From a virus: a DNA stretch of 64,000 bases. Within the stretch, counting starts at the first letter, position 1. Each line of letters starts with the position of its first letter. A program made the translations under genes and the position numbers. The stretch is from the IMG/VR virus record IMGVR_UViG_3300008117_000049, positions 71,337-135,336 of that record; one strand, 5' to 3'. The notes under the pieces are model-generated. The model had not been told where the DNA came from. It saw only the letters and a program-made list of their open reading frames with translations, and searched no databases. Positions 38,401 through 48,800 of the stretch are shown piece after piece.

Positions 38401-39204
38401 GCAATACAAACCTTACCTTACCCGATTGCTTTGCTAGTAAAAAACTTTATAGCAAGTAATGATGTTATATTTTTTGCCACAGATAGAGGAAATTTTAGTT
38501 ACCTGCCTAAAGATAGGAGTACCTATAGTTTATCGGGCAATCTTTCGCCGCAAGATGCGTTTATGTCACTTGGTCTAGATGGGCCAGATGAAGATGATTC
38601 AAGTGGCAGACCGATACCGGGTAGTGGTAGGAAAAGGGCAGTGAGCGTTGCGGCACATGAACTGACTCATATGATGATACAAGCATTATTTCCAGAACTT
38701 AAGCCAGCGGAGTGGGCTGTTTTGGCTCGTTTTATAACCCAAAGGGATGCTAACGGAAATCTAATTCAAAATCTTGTAAACGGAAATCTTGGAGACACGG
38801 TTTTGAGCAGTGAAATAACTAATCTTACACCAGCAAGTTTGCTTGCATTATTAAGCAACGAAGAAGTGTCGGTTTTTGCTCCTGAAATTTCCACTCCTTA
38901 CTCTACGCAACATCAAAAAGGTTCTAAAAAAGTTGGTGGAGTTCGCGGGCTAAATCCGTTTCTTCATGGAGAGTTTTTCTCAACTCTAACTCAAGCCATG
39001 TTTTCGGGGGACCCGACCATTATGTATCCAGGAAATCTTGTTAGTCCTGGAGATAAACTTAGAGTAGGTTTTAACGCAGACGGAACACCTAAATACTTTA
39101 CTATACCAGATGGTCCGATTTTTAATGCTGGTGCCTTGCCAGTGGGTATAGTATTATCTTTATTAATGAATGAATTAGCAAAACAAAAGCAAGGAATACC
39201 ATAA
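29467..39204 (+). CDS. 3245-aa polyvalent head-module protein: five ADP-ribosyltransferase-like domains and a C-terminal HExxH zincin
   Basis: L(Y/F/H)RG motifs with S-x-S/T and E motifs at about 32.0, 33.3, 34.4, 35.2 and 36.5 kb; HELTH at 38656; V(N/S)YAP separators. Confidence 0.8.
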   Translation: MSEYENFDPVDEINKIIEGADRPALPSVYVKKDKTNVVIEGTALVASANSKTLPSRRVGRFEMLEVLERSLNRTVTNFNNPSQRAFTAMRELSDFVNMATTGAQPKIAGEHRDLLPVGHPLSTRPNDFSEEELAQARAEWMSADPRIAEEFRPLVATAFVTPEESVEREYLIAKLEATNATQVPRDIILGLTAAGNPYAGGNSFLARSARARAQRRDRRGRFAWMGGGARVWLGKLFDAVSSLFRFAGYDAKTDSFDLEGVPGSPYFGKVISVPASQVEAIKAILPDSLGLPEPRSKSVAKNLIVDPSTLQLKDAPTGWEKVSSENGVDVFRSADGWIATRYPNLASAPKESSITRTRGANSDKSINPDLPVYHIAQGSADGTVVDKPFAVAQGWGDAQALIARYDKKLSPSKKKAELDEPQEQGFIKGWKKQERGYIPADYNPYGYYAGGRDVAMGNDSYTDPSGRFIAVSMAPKKQEQAKNVRKQVLESGKPIETFDGAKDWDGDVSNLWRLERVRSDGKREILGYYQDTEDIERDTEIPKDLEQGQDFYEEIIANTLQWGGNSVDFVDGSNPDQGYLVAHEADVVQPDGSVKKREQLVTPEDFMDPIEGPKILRAYALKNQEKLMEKGFYLGTWTDMVEVKDENGNVIDKKEMVFLDVSEWIKDFDDAFDAGEKRGEIAIFGASEGKSYYIEVEKRRRETIRNTPVLDKEEDKRVREESDRITDEENKWFRDNYAVWQNFERDTGIGFFKDDGSPNPEVAKVSPEIYEHLKRRDDAEKNRNSVFQNYIRSVFEMADGMDPGGKNNGLAVNQGLLDIRDRYVGDDEATLKMNAGLREGQVASSKVKSVDRLVNKSKLKQNTVLYRGAWLDPELVSQIEIQDSYFDRGFQSSGLDVDTATSYLDFRAEKSQGKERVVFRILAPQGMNAIHVGDDEVIMRRNTKMTIIRKTKLDDTTYIDVDIEPQTKEQIDVRLQGLVKGPRPESSESPGELLPDDGGGADGLGEGGPFEVNYAPLPTTRPDSERVTDPQLAIWLRLSKDVLGVSLNGIIDEAIAINQNNDPEKHLAKRLKANVAKSLAEKLKDVDDKEFVRVLDDLGVFSGLSKHMDWSEPKKLQEVIFYSLDARKEVGVNLRAEFANVLRWATTNNDFYREQKELVDKINSTKEVTLEEARLILDAYNENGRLGGFTLFKNLILPDSDNREFLDAVRYTAVSSLVSRWASTSNGSHVSSLAIQEVARRQFGIRGSAEWNNGIGMEIQVKDVADKNRNLIGRFLQAQYDLTQEYFKKKGISKITLYRGVKNFKAHDMPKTTSSTENGISGAVRLRPLSSWSTSEGVAIGFARGEDGRVFRKEFDVKNIFSMPGFGNGCYEEKEMVVLGGVVDSVDIGTYSVLNTRGEGSPVKYPSPEPQAITYESLPNLLPDLGLEVNYAPSRRDSRLLNDAERNEIARHHPTEAIWVSIAEDSTFHKREMPLTLKNSLEFHDREAIRTGQIGTGPMGEGTVELARALKKGVAQNLENKMSSVEASEWAETANLFKDLGIVVNFPNDEESSQYGVVRALISSWAFTSNGDEPLSLAIQELAKKEFGIEKAADWEISPEKQVKVDKILETSENLIRKFLRAQYDLTQEYFKRKGIKKLTLFRGVKKFSNHEIVESTFPNGGKFTATLGLRPLSAWTTSRRIGTIFANRYEQSRLFRKEFDVKDIFCFPGTGFGCLDEREFVVLGGNTKGIDVSSQRDMSPLGGMSDAFNFENRAANYQVVFDSDVESPLDQIAESGFRLGEWVNYAPERLIRPERDAVADITSFDPTDEIPNSPKNAGGMTRNTWWAWERGPDGNQFIDYMRQQACRLIGLPVPETEFDKGKGSHFMLQRGWGAPGEKAIKGMVNAIANGRPQPPLYRGLANGYGENASTPELERLRSVREGDTVDMPLASATRSPGVATWYATNRGTDRGPIILKIREGANGVSLSKTNSFYPHDYETVVNGKFRVVGNQTVLTPVWSRDYVNIFDTEDRPAEGIPILRGQVPEDLLNEIREALIKNPKDDLSRFNTDTLKFTNDRNRSKYSIPISVWMLSEPKEIQVIELEQEKVYSIDENKPESKNDQPETYENVEPFFAEKLEANAEKAPLDSPAEGFIVSYAPLNLTGPQKLVSSDVPEPKITGPQKLVSSDVPEPKKYGKDLKKREQLFKKYEEAENKLDRARKEILDKERAARRANGGAYRPLPYKYDMDENGRLVPNPRLIDELGRKYFNLVQDLADSINALRDFDKKFIESKFELSVGGVIPNPPSRTEITSPGDIWQGLKNVRKESLYAIGDWGASETSRQVLASTRGSYVYNKSMKPEFVSRISPLISQSTLKENTQLHRGEWLPENIVDAAEVGDSIYFDNIQELSLLSDVPNKQLLRRNGDQLDKTYYFNKGKKPVVLRLNCPKGMNALYTKNQADESENFSDIDAGRDREDAMVQAVLLRPDVKMKLVSKTEKDGVTYLEFDVEPKTKEEIESNKSGLIKKDGQVVEQIMPQPEDLGALETPEGFILGNDAPIEPDNRLVVNYAPKNKNKGAGLAKEVERRQKLAEAQKKIQGELKEKQEKEKEILKERMEEQKEELAQKIPEIAQMLPSSPQDLLDPNQPLNILGSTDITQEIFNVPGGDDPEKPNSIQILEPNQVWKDLVSTMEALGSAASDDIENQVNEKFAETIKDLNAQKKQVKASRDEAELGLRTLERAAQQLENSAILNNFGANNSPVRQSIIDTALSYINDKYFLKDPNAPDLVWNSDFGAFAQWAVKKRYPNISKDEALTKTLALLTAANSHLIEIAKMPDSAQRDAEVKKVIAKMMLGTYFTQTWESFFDAAHNLNVTNNPNSAAWEAELSEIIGNNPIPDYNQLARNLFNKLEIYEDNKKNYKKAITDFSKKVHDEIIKPKLEELGIVFGHSVTIEPREINYVGKGSLGHDANRNPVFVPNPSIRATGDLTDARGYASILTEAIQTLPYPIALLVKNFIASNDVIFFATDRGNFSYLPKDRSTYSLSGNLSPQDAFMSLGLDGPDEDDSSGRPIPGSGRKRAVSVAAHELTHMMIQALFPELKPAEWAVLARFITQRDANGNLIQNLVNGNLGDTVLSSEITNLTPASLLALLSNEEVSVFAPEISTPYSTQHQKGSKKVGGVRGLNPFLHGEFFSTLTQAMFSGDPTIMYPGNLVSPGDKLRVGFNADGTPKYFTIPDGPIFNAGALPVGIVLSLLMNELAKQKQGIP
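32381..32548 (+). CDS. Putative overprinted 55-aa protein in the +1 frame of the giant ORF
   Basis: AAGGAG 7 nt before ATG; MSDSKDSSKGHDLNLVKVPENFSQMTEEEQMAWAKEAHSKLITRLSPPQDQTQKE. Confidence 0.5.
   Translation: MSDSKDSSKGHDLNLVKVPENFSQMTEEEQMAWAKEAHSKLITRLSPPQDQTQKE
35891..35985 (+). repeat. 48-bp-period in-frame tandem duplication
   Basis: TGPQKLVSSDVPEPK twice, identical at the DNA level. Confidence 0.95.
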
Positions 39205-39434
39205 TGGCAGAAAACGAAAATGAAGAAGTAATCTGGTCTGAAACCGACAACGAAAACGCCGACTGGATAAAGTCGCTTTCTTGGGATTTACCGACTGAGC
39301 CAGAAGAGTTTCTAAGGTCTCTAGGTGGAACCAGCATTGAAGACTTTTTGAAATTGCCAGCAGCCAAGGCTATGCCAGCCGAACTGCTAAACGAACTAAT
39401 CAAGTCTGGGCACATAAAGCCAAAAGGTGTCTAA
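39204..39434 (+). CDS. Small acidic protein, candidate immunity factor
   Basis: Translationally coupled to the ART polyprotein; NADWIKSLSWDLP. Confidence 0.7.
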   Translation: MAENENEEVIWSETDNENADWIKSLSWDLPTEPEEFLRSLGGTSIEDFLKLPAAKAMPAELLNELIKSGHIKPKGV

Positions 39435-39728
39435 ATGAAAGTCACTTTTCCAGATGGAAGTTATCTAAATTATTATTTTTATTTAGACATAAAGCCAGAG
39501 TTTCTAGATAACGACAAGTGTTTGGCTCTCCGCGCTTGGCTTGATTGGCGTATGTTGCTACTAGATAAAGGCACAAAAACTTACAGATTTGATAAATTTC
39601 TGGCAGACATGGAAGTGAAAAGCGACGACCCGCTATTCTTCAGAATGTTTATAGAAGAGAATTTTGTAATGGTCAAATTTGAGGGTGATTTAGTTCCAGA
39701 AATCCCTGAAAAATATAAGACTTTTTAA
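39435..39728 (+). CDS. Small hypothetical protein, candidate immunity factor
   Basis: Abuts the previous gene; 97 aa. Confidence 0.65.
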   Translation: MKVTFPDGSYLNYYFYLDIKPEFLDNDKCLALRAWLDWRMLLLDKGTKTYRFDKFLADMEVKSDDPLFFRMFIEENFVMVKFEGDLVPEIPEKYKTF

Positions 39729-39831
39729 TTTATTGTAGAATAGAACAAACCTAATAAATAGGTTATCAGACGCGCTGCTATACTTTTTATAGAATATCCG
39801 CTCCTCTATAACCAATCAGGAGAAGTTTTTA

Positions 39832-42800
39832 ATGACCTACTATAACTCTTTCGGTATAGAGTTTGAATGTGACGAAACCCAAGAAGGTTTAGTAGCGGCA
39901 GGTAATCGCTGGACATCTGGCGGAAACTCCACCCTTGCTCGTCGTGCTCGTGTAGCACTTCAAAGGCGTGACCGTTATGGTCGTTGGGCCGAAATGGGTG
40001 GCGGTATTTCGTTCCCTGGCCGTTTAGGAAACGGAACTATTGAAAAATTTGTTGGTCGTTATGTCGGTCCCGCTGAACGCCCAGACTATATGCGGGTCTA
40101 TGTCACAGAGGCCAGAAGACCGGGTATCTACGAAGTCCCTTCCCGAGTTGCTACGGTTGCTAAGGCACTTCTAAGCAAAGAAGCACTTAAAGATGTTGGC
40201 GTAAATCTAGATGTTAACGGAAACCGCGTTGGCGAAATTCTTGACAGAGACATTGAGTTTATTGACCAAATGTGGAAAGGCAACAAGCCTACCGATTTTG
40301 AACTTAGTATGGCTCGTGGCGAAGTATCAAAGCCAGAAAAAAGAGTTATTGAAAAGGCTCGTCTAAGAGCACCTAAGCACAAGTCCTACAACATTGTTGA
40401 TGAAAAAGGCAACAGGATTGATAAAGACGAAGAGCCAGCAAAACCAGATGTAAAAAAGCCTAGCAAAAAGGCTAAGCCAGCCGAAAAGTTCCCAGTTCCA
40501 GACACAAGCCAGTGGGATGAAAAACGCCAAAGCAATGATGTTTGGTATGAAAAAGACGGTAAGCGTATTCCAGATGAAAGACTAACTGAAGCCGATAAAA
40601 CTCCAGAAAATAAAAGAATTTATATTCGCGAAGGGGAAAAAGGCGAAAACGACAAAATTATTGATGGAAATGGAAACTTAATTGAGTTTAAGCCTAGTCT
40701 TAAACCAGAATCTAGTCCAATTCCAGAAAAACTTCCAGAGCATGACCCAGAAGAGGGTTTTTGGAACAAAGCCAGAGTAAGACGAGAAGAAGTCCGTAAA
40801 AATTTAAAGACTCCTCAAGAAATTTACGAAGAATTATATAACGGTGGTTTTGCTGAAGCAGATTTAGACAAAGCAATAGCAGCCTGTGATTATGCGCTTA
40901 GTCAGCAGAAGTACTTAGGTAGAGACGAAAACCCACTATATGCGTCAAATCCAGATGACCCAAGACTTAGACACATAGCAAACTTACTTGAGTCCCTACC
41001 AGAGTGGCAAGAATACAGAATTAAGCGTGCCATAAATCTTAGATTTATGAACGAGGAAAATATTGATGAACTAAAGGCTTGGGTAGATGGGAAAATAGAG
41101 CCCGGCTCTCCGTTATCACCAGAAGATATGGTTGAACTTCACCGTAAGTTTAGGAATCTTGCGGTTGACATAACCAACCTAAGAATTTCTGGAGAAGATG
41201 CTTTTAGCAACGACAACCTCGGTGCTGAGCGTATCAATATGCCACAACTTGATGAAAAAAACCTGCCTCTATTTTTACGAGACATGGCAAGAATTGGTGT
41301 TGGTCACCGATACACAAGAATGATGCCAGACCAATTACACCCTGTTCAAATGGAAATGGACATGGGCGATATTGCCAAGATTGCTGAGTCTTGGAAAGAC
41401 ATTGAGTTATTCAATAAATTTAACCCACACGAAAACCCAATTGTTATATCAAGAGATGGTTATGTTCTTGACGGACATCACCGCTGGGCTGCTGCTTGGC
41501 TAGCCCAAAAAAGAGGCGACAAACTTGCCCTTAAGGGTCTAAAAGTAGTTCAACTTGACATAGACCACGAACAAGCATTAACGATTGCTAACGAGTGGAA
41601 CGACTACGCTGGAATTCGCAGGATAACCGTTGGTGGTAAGGATGTTAGAGAGCCTAGACCACAAGCCCCAGCAGTTCCGCAAGCCACTTCTAAAATTACA
41701 TCACCGTCTGCTACTCCAGATTTGCCGCGTGTTAGCCCTCAGCCAGATTTAGTAGTAAATTATGCTCCTTCCGACGACAATTTGTCCACCCCAAGCGGAG
41801 AAAACTTTAAGAGTTTTCTTGACAGGGAACTGGCAAATGTCGGCGACAAAATTATTCCAGACTTTGGTGACCGACTCACAGAAGATACTCCCAACCCAGA
41901 GGATAGGAATAGCCCGTTCCCTGGCTCTCGCACAGTTGTAAATAATCTTTTGAAGTATAGAGACTCAATGATAAAAGCAATGAAAGAGAGTGCTTTAGAC
42001 CAAGACCAAGAAAAATTTAGATATCAATTTGAAATTGCTAAAAGAGTCACAAAACTTTTAAATCAAATACACGAGAATTTTTCTAACAATAAGAATTATG
42101 CTGCCGATACTGAATTATCAATTAGTACTAGCAACCCAGAAGAAAAACTAAAAACAGTTAGAGTTCTTCCAAACACTGTTAGATATGGTACCGACAACAA
42201 TGGTATTAGAAAAGTTCAGTACTTTGAAGCAATAATTATTGCTAAAAATGGAAAACCTTACATGGTTAAGTGGACACCAGACCACTCTCACGCCCACAGC
42301 ATCGACAAAAACGGAATTGTAAACGACAGTAACGATGGTGGAGGTATTTCATTTAACGGTGGACAAATGTATGACGAAATTGTTGATGGAAAACCAGTAC
42401 CTAGAATTGCCAGTGTTGGTGGGGCATTTACTAACGACGGACACCACGCTTTAGGTTTAGCAAGTGCTCACATAAACCTAATTAGGTGGGTACAAAGCAT
42501 GTTTGGCGGAAGGCTCAAGCATAGTTCAAACTTAAGTGCTAGAGGAAACCCATACTCAAAGATGGTTTCTAGAGACATGCGTTGGCACGACAGAAGTCAA
42601 GCAGACAAGGCAGTTCATATGAGTTGCCCAAACGCTACTATTTTTAAAGTCCTCAAAGATATGGGATTAATTAGCGGTGAGTATATTCCAGCAACCCCTG
42701 GAGCAAAACAAGATGATGACACTCCGGGCGGTTACGGGGCTCACAGCGGTGGGCGCGGTTGGCTAAGAAGGCTCACATTTACCAACAACTCTGGTTACTC

Positions 42801-45800
42801 AAGTAATGTATCTGTCTTAACAAGTTATAGCATTAACGATGAGGTCAGGGCTTATGACGGAGAGTTCTTAAGAAAAACTCCAGAAGAACAACAAGCGATA
42901 CTTGACGCTATGCCTCCAATTTTTAGAGATTTCTTTGCTGGAGATAGGTCTAGAGATAGCATAGGCCGAACCGCTGATTTTGATGTTCAATATAAAATAT
43001 TGGAAACTGCTTATGCTGACGGAATGAAGCAACAGGAAGCAGTAGATTTCCTAGACAGTTTAATTACTGGGCTACCAGAATTAGATAGAGCATTTGGCAG
43101 AAATGCTGACCACAGAGAGTTGCTTAGACGCTTAAAGCAACTAAGAGATGGAATTAGTATTGGATTTTGGAACCAAAGCGACAACAATTACAATAGGCCA
43201 AAATCTTTTGACCCAAACAGTATTAGAGCAATTGAATCTCCATTTGCTGGCTACTTTAAATTTAATGATTGGGTTTTGCCAAGAGATGTAAATAGAGTTC
43301 TAAACGATTTACCATTTAGTGCTAGACCACACAGAGGAGGCTGGTCAAAACCAGATGGTTGGACAGAAGAGCCACAAGCACTAAAAGACCTTTACGGTCC
43401 AGAAATTTTGCTTGCTTCCTTGCGCGACGCTCTTTTGAACAAAAAAGGTAAATCTGCCAAACTTCCAGACATTAATGGGGAAGAAAATACCGTTGACCCA
43501 ACAGCAGTCTATAAAGCACTAGAGAATAACGGATATGACACAGAACTAATTCTTGCTGGCATTTACGATGAACTAAACGGCAATTCGGTAAATACTGAAA
43601 AGTTGTTAGCAAAAAGACAAGAACTTGGAAATCTGCAAGGCATCATAGAAGAAATAACTAATGAAATAGCAGATGTAAAGGCTCCAATAGAATTTTCTAG
43701 AATTGGCGGAGAGTATGACTCAGAAAGTAAAGTTCTTCAGTCTGACCTAGTTAGGCGTGGAGAAACTGGAGAAATTCCTACAGCACTCCAATTAAGACCA
43801 CTTTCTTTGGATAACGAAGCATATGATTATCTAGGTCCAACTGGTGCAAGAACTCAAGTAATTCTTTCTCAACATCACACTCCAGAAATATCAATGTCTC
43901 GTTATTACATTGATGGAGTATCAGACAACCCAAAGGTTATTGCTAGAAACTTTAACCCAACTGGCCTAAGAAATGCTCTTATTGACTCAGTTACAAAGAA
44001 TAATTACGCTGTAAAACTTAGGTACCCTAACGGACAGACCATAGATGTTCCAAACAATGCTATTCGAGATGCTTTACAGTACCAAGGGTATGACATAAAT
44101 ACCGTTTTAAGAGAAGAACCTAGTCTAAAACCTAAATTAAAAAGAATTAGTAGCGTTTCTGACAGGGAGAACGCAGACGGTAATGGCACCAGAATTAGCG
44201 AGTGGGCCATCTATAATTCAAGTGGCGAAGAAATTAGACTAAACGGTCCTGGCATTAGACAAAAGAGGAACGACACCACAGGGGAACACGAGTGGGATGT
44301 AGTTGATTTATCTAGTCCGCAAGATAACAGAACAATAGTTGCCAAATTAGCAAAAGTCAAGAAAAATGACGAAGGCAACTACGAAGTTTGGGTGGCAAAT
44401 AGAGCCGACAACAAAACAGATGAATTTTCTGGAGAACCTAGCGGTGTTTATGAAACCTTACAAGAGGCTTTGTATGATGTTAAGAACCACATCTCAGACG
44501 ATGCAAATATAGATGCATCTACCAACCTGCTAGGCCAAGGAAGAGCGCCTACAGTTAGTAACGGTTTTGCTATTGTTGGTGGAGCAAATGATGAGGCAGA
44601 AGTTACCGTTGGTGATTTAACATTACAAAGACCAGACGGTGCTGAAAGTTTTGTTGTTTTCTCTAACGGTGCTGGAACTGGCAGATTTAGAAGAATTTCT
44701 ACTGCTCGTATTGAAAACAACACAATTGGCACGGTTTATACCGCAGAAACTTATTCCGTAGGAGAAGATGGCGGGAAAATTGAAGCCTTTGATTTGGTCA
44801 GAAAATCTTTCATAGGCTCTGACCCAGTTAGAAAACAAAGAATTTATGAGATTGCAAAAACTAATCGTGGATTTGAACTTACAACTCACAAATATCATCC
44901 AGATGAGGGTGGCGTAACTAGGACCGAAACACTTGTATTTGATAATTACGAAGATGCTAAAGACTATGCCAATAAAAAATTATTGGCTGGTCATATAGGA
45001 TTACCTGGAGAGAAAGTATTTCCTAATCTTTCTGTCAGACAAGAAAGAGTTCCTGCTAGTGCGGATTTGTCAAATCAAAACATATTCCAAGACAACTCTT
45101 CTATTCAAATAAATACTCCAGTAAAAATGACTGACGGAGTTAAAGGTCTTTTAAAAATCAATGTTAAGAAAGGTGCTCACCCTACTTGGAGAAACGGCGA
45201 GGACAATCAACAGTATGTGTTTGCTGAATTTAGTTTTGGCAATGAGCCAGACGAACCTCTTATCACTGGTAAAATTACTAGAACTGGAGTAAGACAGTGG
45301 GTAACTGTTTCCTCAACAAATTCACCAAGTTTTAAAGAACACGCAATAAGTTCAATATTAAGAAATGGTACTTTCTTTGCTAACAGTAAAGAAGAGGCTT
45401 TTGAAAGCCTAAAATACAGACTTGAAGAATCATTTGGCATAACTAATCAGCAAAGAGCCGACGGTCAGTCTGTACTACCTAGAATCAGACTTGTAAATAG
45501 GGCTGTTAAACTTGAGCCACCACCGCCACCGCCAGCCCCAGAAGATAAAAGCCTTTTTGCAGATGGCGTTTTTGACGACTTCCTAAGAGTTAGAAATACC
45601 CCGCTTGATATTACTGGTGCAGAAGATAAAGGCGGTATGGGTCTAGGACAATCTGGTTCTAGAAAATATGAATTACCAGATGGTAGAAAGTTTAAAGTAA
45701 AAGATGAGGGCGCTAGAAAAGCAGCGTCTGAATCACTGAACCATGCTCTACATTTAGCACTTGGAATTCCAGCAACTGAAGCAAGAACTGGAAAAGCACC

Positions 45801-48800
45801 TGGCACCACACATGCAGTAAATGTTATTGACCCGTTTGAGCCAGATATAGTTTCTGGTCGCAGAAATGGGCACATGCCTGGTCAAGACTTGTTTAAGGAT
45901 AGCGAATTTGATAAGCCAGAAAATCAGCAAGCAATTGCAGATATACAAGAAGGTTTAATTATTGACTACTGGCTTGGCAATCAAGATTTTGTGCTAAACA
46001 CTGGAAACTCTTTTGTTGCGGTTAGAGATGGAGTTAGAAGAGGTGTTCGTTGTGATGTTGGTGGCGGAATGTTCACCGCTATTCGTCAACAATTAATAAA
46101 TAATTTTGCAGACGGAAATGATGCCGTAGAGGAATTTATTCACTACTGCGGCGATTTTATGAACTCTGGAAGAGTAAACAAATCTTCTGAAAGTGGCCAC
46201 ATGAGGCGCGGTCTTACTAAAGAAAAAATGCTTGACATTGCTAGAAGAACCTTGCTTCGTTACACTGACGACAAGATAGACAGAATTGTTGATGCCCACA
46301 TAACTGACCCAAACGATAATGCTTTGGCAAAACAAGGTTTAAAGGCAAGGCGTTTAGCAATGCTAAATTACTTGGGAATAGACCATAACGAAACACCGCC
46401 TACTAGACAAGCACCAGCGGTTCAGGCTCCAAGAGTCCAACCCCCTACTGCAAATGTTCCTGGTGGGACACCAAATGAATTGCCAAATGGGGCAAATGGA
46501 GCAGTTCCTGTTGTCGGCATAAATCCTGCTGGAAAACCAATTGTCGGCCTACCGGGTGAACTACAATCAAATGGTCTTTGGGTTATGCCACTTGAAGCAA
46601 TTACACCTGATATTGCAAATGCAATCGCAAGGGGAGAGGTAGTTCCAGAAAACTTACCACTTCACGCAGTAGATTCAACCAATCCAGAAAATTCAATAGT
46701 TATTGACGGCTCTGGCGTGCTTAGACCAGCATCTGCTCTAAACCACGGATACACAACAGTAATTGCTAGAAGAAAAGATGCTAACGGAAACTATCAATAT
46801 CTACTTGTAAAGCCAGATGGCGACAACACTCCTTTTGGTCGTGCAAATCGAGACAGGTTTGGCGGAGCATATAAAGAACATGAAAGGTTTGATGTACGCC
46901 CATCCGCTCAAGAAATACTTAATGAGCGTTTTGGTGTAGAAGCGGAAAATAAAGTTGTTGCTACACAAGAAATTCTTAGGTCTGTTCCTGGACTTGATGG
47001 AGTACACAGAGTAATAATTGCTGATATTGCTGATTTTGATATGTCAATATCACAACCTCACCCTACTCAGGGATACGCTTTATCTAGAAGATGGGCAATT
47101 TGGAGCCAAAATCCTTACGGTGACCAAGGAGATGACAACTTTATTCCACTTGACGCTACAGAAAGAGAGCGTCTTGTTTCAAAGGCTCGCCGTTGGGAAA
47201 ACACCAATCCAGCACCTGCTGGAAACCAACCACCTTCAGGCGGGGACTCAAACGGTGGAGACGATGGAAGCGGTCCATCTAACCCAAGTAACGGTGGCGG
47301 CGGAACAACTCCACCTATGTCTGGCTCAGACGATGACTGGCAACCATTCTCCAGATTCACTGCTATTTCCGCTCTTCCTGGAATGCCAGAAATGGAATTC
47401 GAATTTAATATTTATCGTCGCAGAGATGGAGCAGTTAAGGTAGTCAGCGAATTTGACAACCTACTAGGACATGTAAAACCGTTGGAGCACGGCTATTGGG
47501 TAGCAACATTGATGCCAGACAAAATTGGCACCAACAACAATGTTGGTGCTGAAAAAGCATTCTTTAGAAATAAATCTGATGCTGAAAACTGGCTAAGTCG
47601 AAGAATTTATAACCAAGTTGGCGTTAGAGAAGACGCTAGAAGACGCTTCACCGACCACCCAACAGATACTACATTCTTCCCAGATGTTCAACCTCCATTT
47701 GTTGTTGAAAGAGGATATCTAAATCCAACTACAGATGCTCAATCTCGTTTGGCTAAGAGACTGGTCAAAAACAAGCAAGCAACTGCTGAAGAAAGAGCAA
47801 TGTACAAGGCTATTCTTTCTCAGAGAAACCCTACTGTCGGTGATGTTGGTTGGATAATTGGTCAACTTAAAGATAGAGAAGATAGAGATATTGCAGAAAT
47901 ACAAGCATCTGACCAAGCAGAATTAGATGCTTTCAATGCTGGCAACCCTATCCAAGAATCTTCACTTGAGAACGCTGGAGACGGTGCTAACAGAAGACAC
48001 GCGGTTCGTGCTGGAGACCTTGAAGTTGGACATAGAATTCTTGGAAACATCAATGCCGATGTTGTCTTTACAGTTCCTGGCGAAAACGATACCGTAAATA
48101 TTGGTGTGGTTGGAGACGATGGTCAACTTAAGATTTACAAAGTTGGCAGAAACAGAGTGTTGGACTGCATTTATGGAAGACAGGCTCAACAAGCACCTGC
48201 TCAGCAACCAGCAGCACAAGGTCTTGCTGTAAGGCGGAGAAGAAACGAACTTATTCAAGACGAAATAAGGCGCGCTTACCCCAACGCTTATACTTTGCCT
48301 AACGGCGATATAATTATCGGTAAAAGAGACCACCGTATGGCAGATGGAAGAGTATTCCGCTATGAAGCAGTGGTCCATAAACTAAAGTCTGACGAATTTG
48401 TTGGCTATGTAAGAAGACAAGAATTAGGTGCAGACAGAGCGCCAACTGGACCAAGTGAGGCTGCCTACTTAACCACCCCAGCACACTCAGCAACAGCACT
48501 TAAGAACAGGCTTAGAAAACGAGTTGTACCTGCTCTAACAGCAGCAAATCCAGCAAACGGATTCAATCAAGTTGGAGATGTTCAACCAGAAGTAACTGAC
48601 CCATCAACTGGTCTATTGCTACCAGAAACTCTTGTAAATCTACAAAAGAGATTTATTGGTACTACTGGAATTGAAAAAACTGGACACCCAGCAAAAGACG
48701 CTCTTATCGAGTATGTTCAAACCCTTGTTGCTAGAGGAATTTCTGCTCCAGAAATTATCAACCAAGTAACTGGACCAAACCAGCGTCTATTCAGTAGAGC

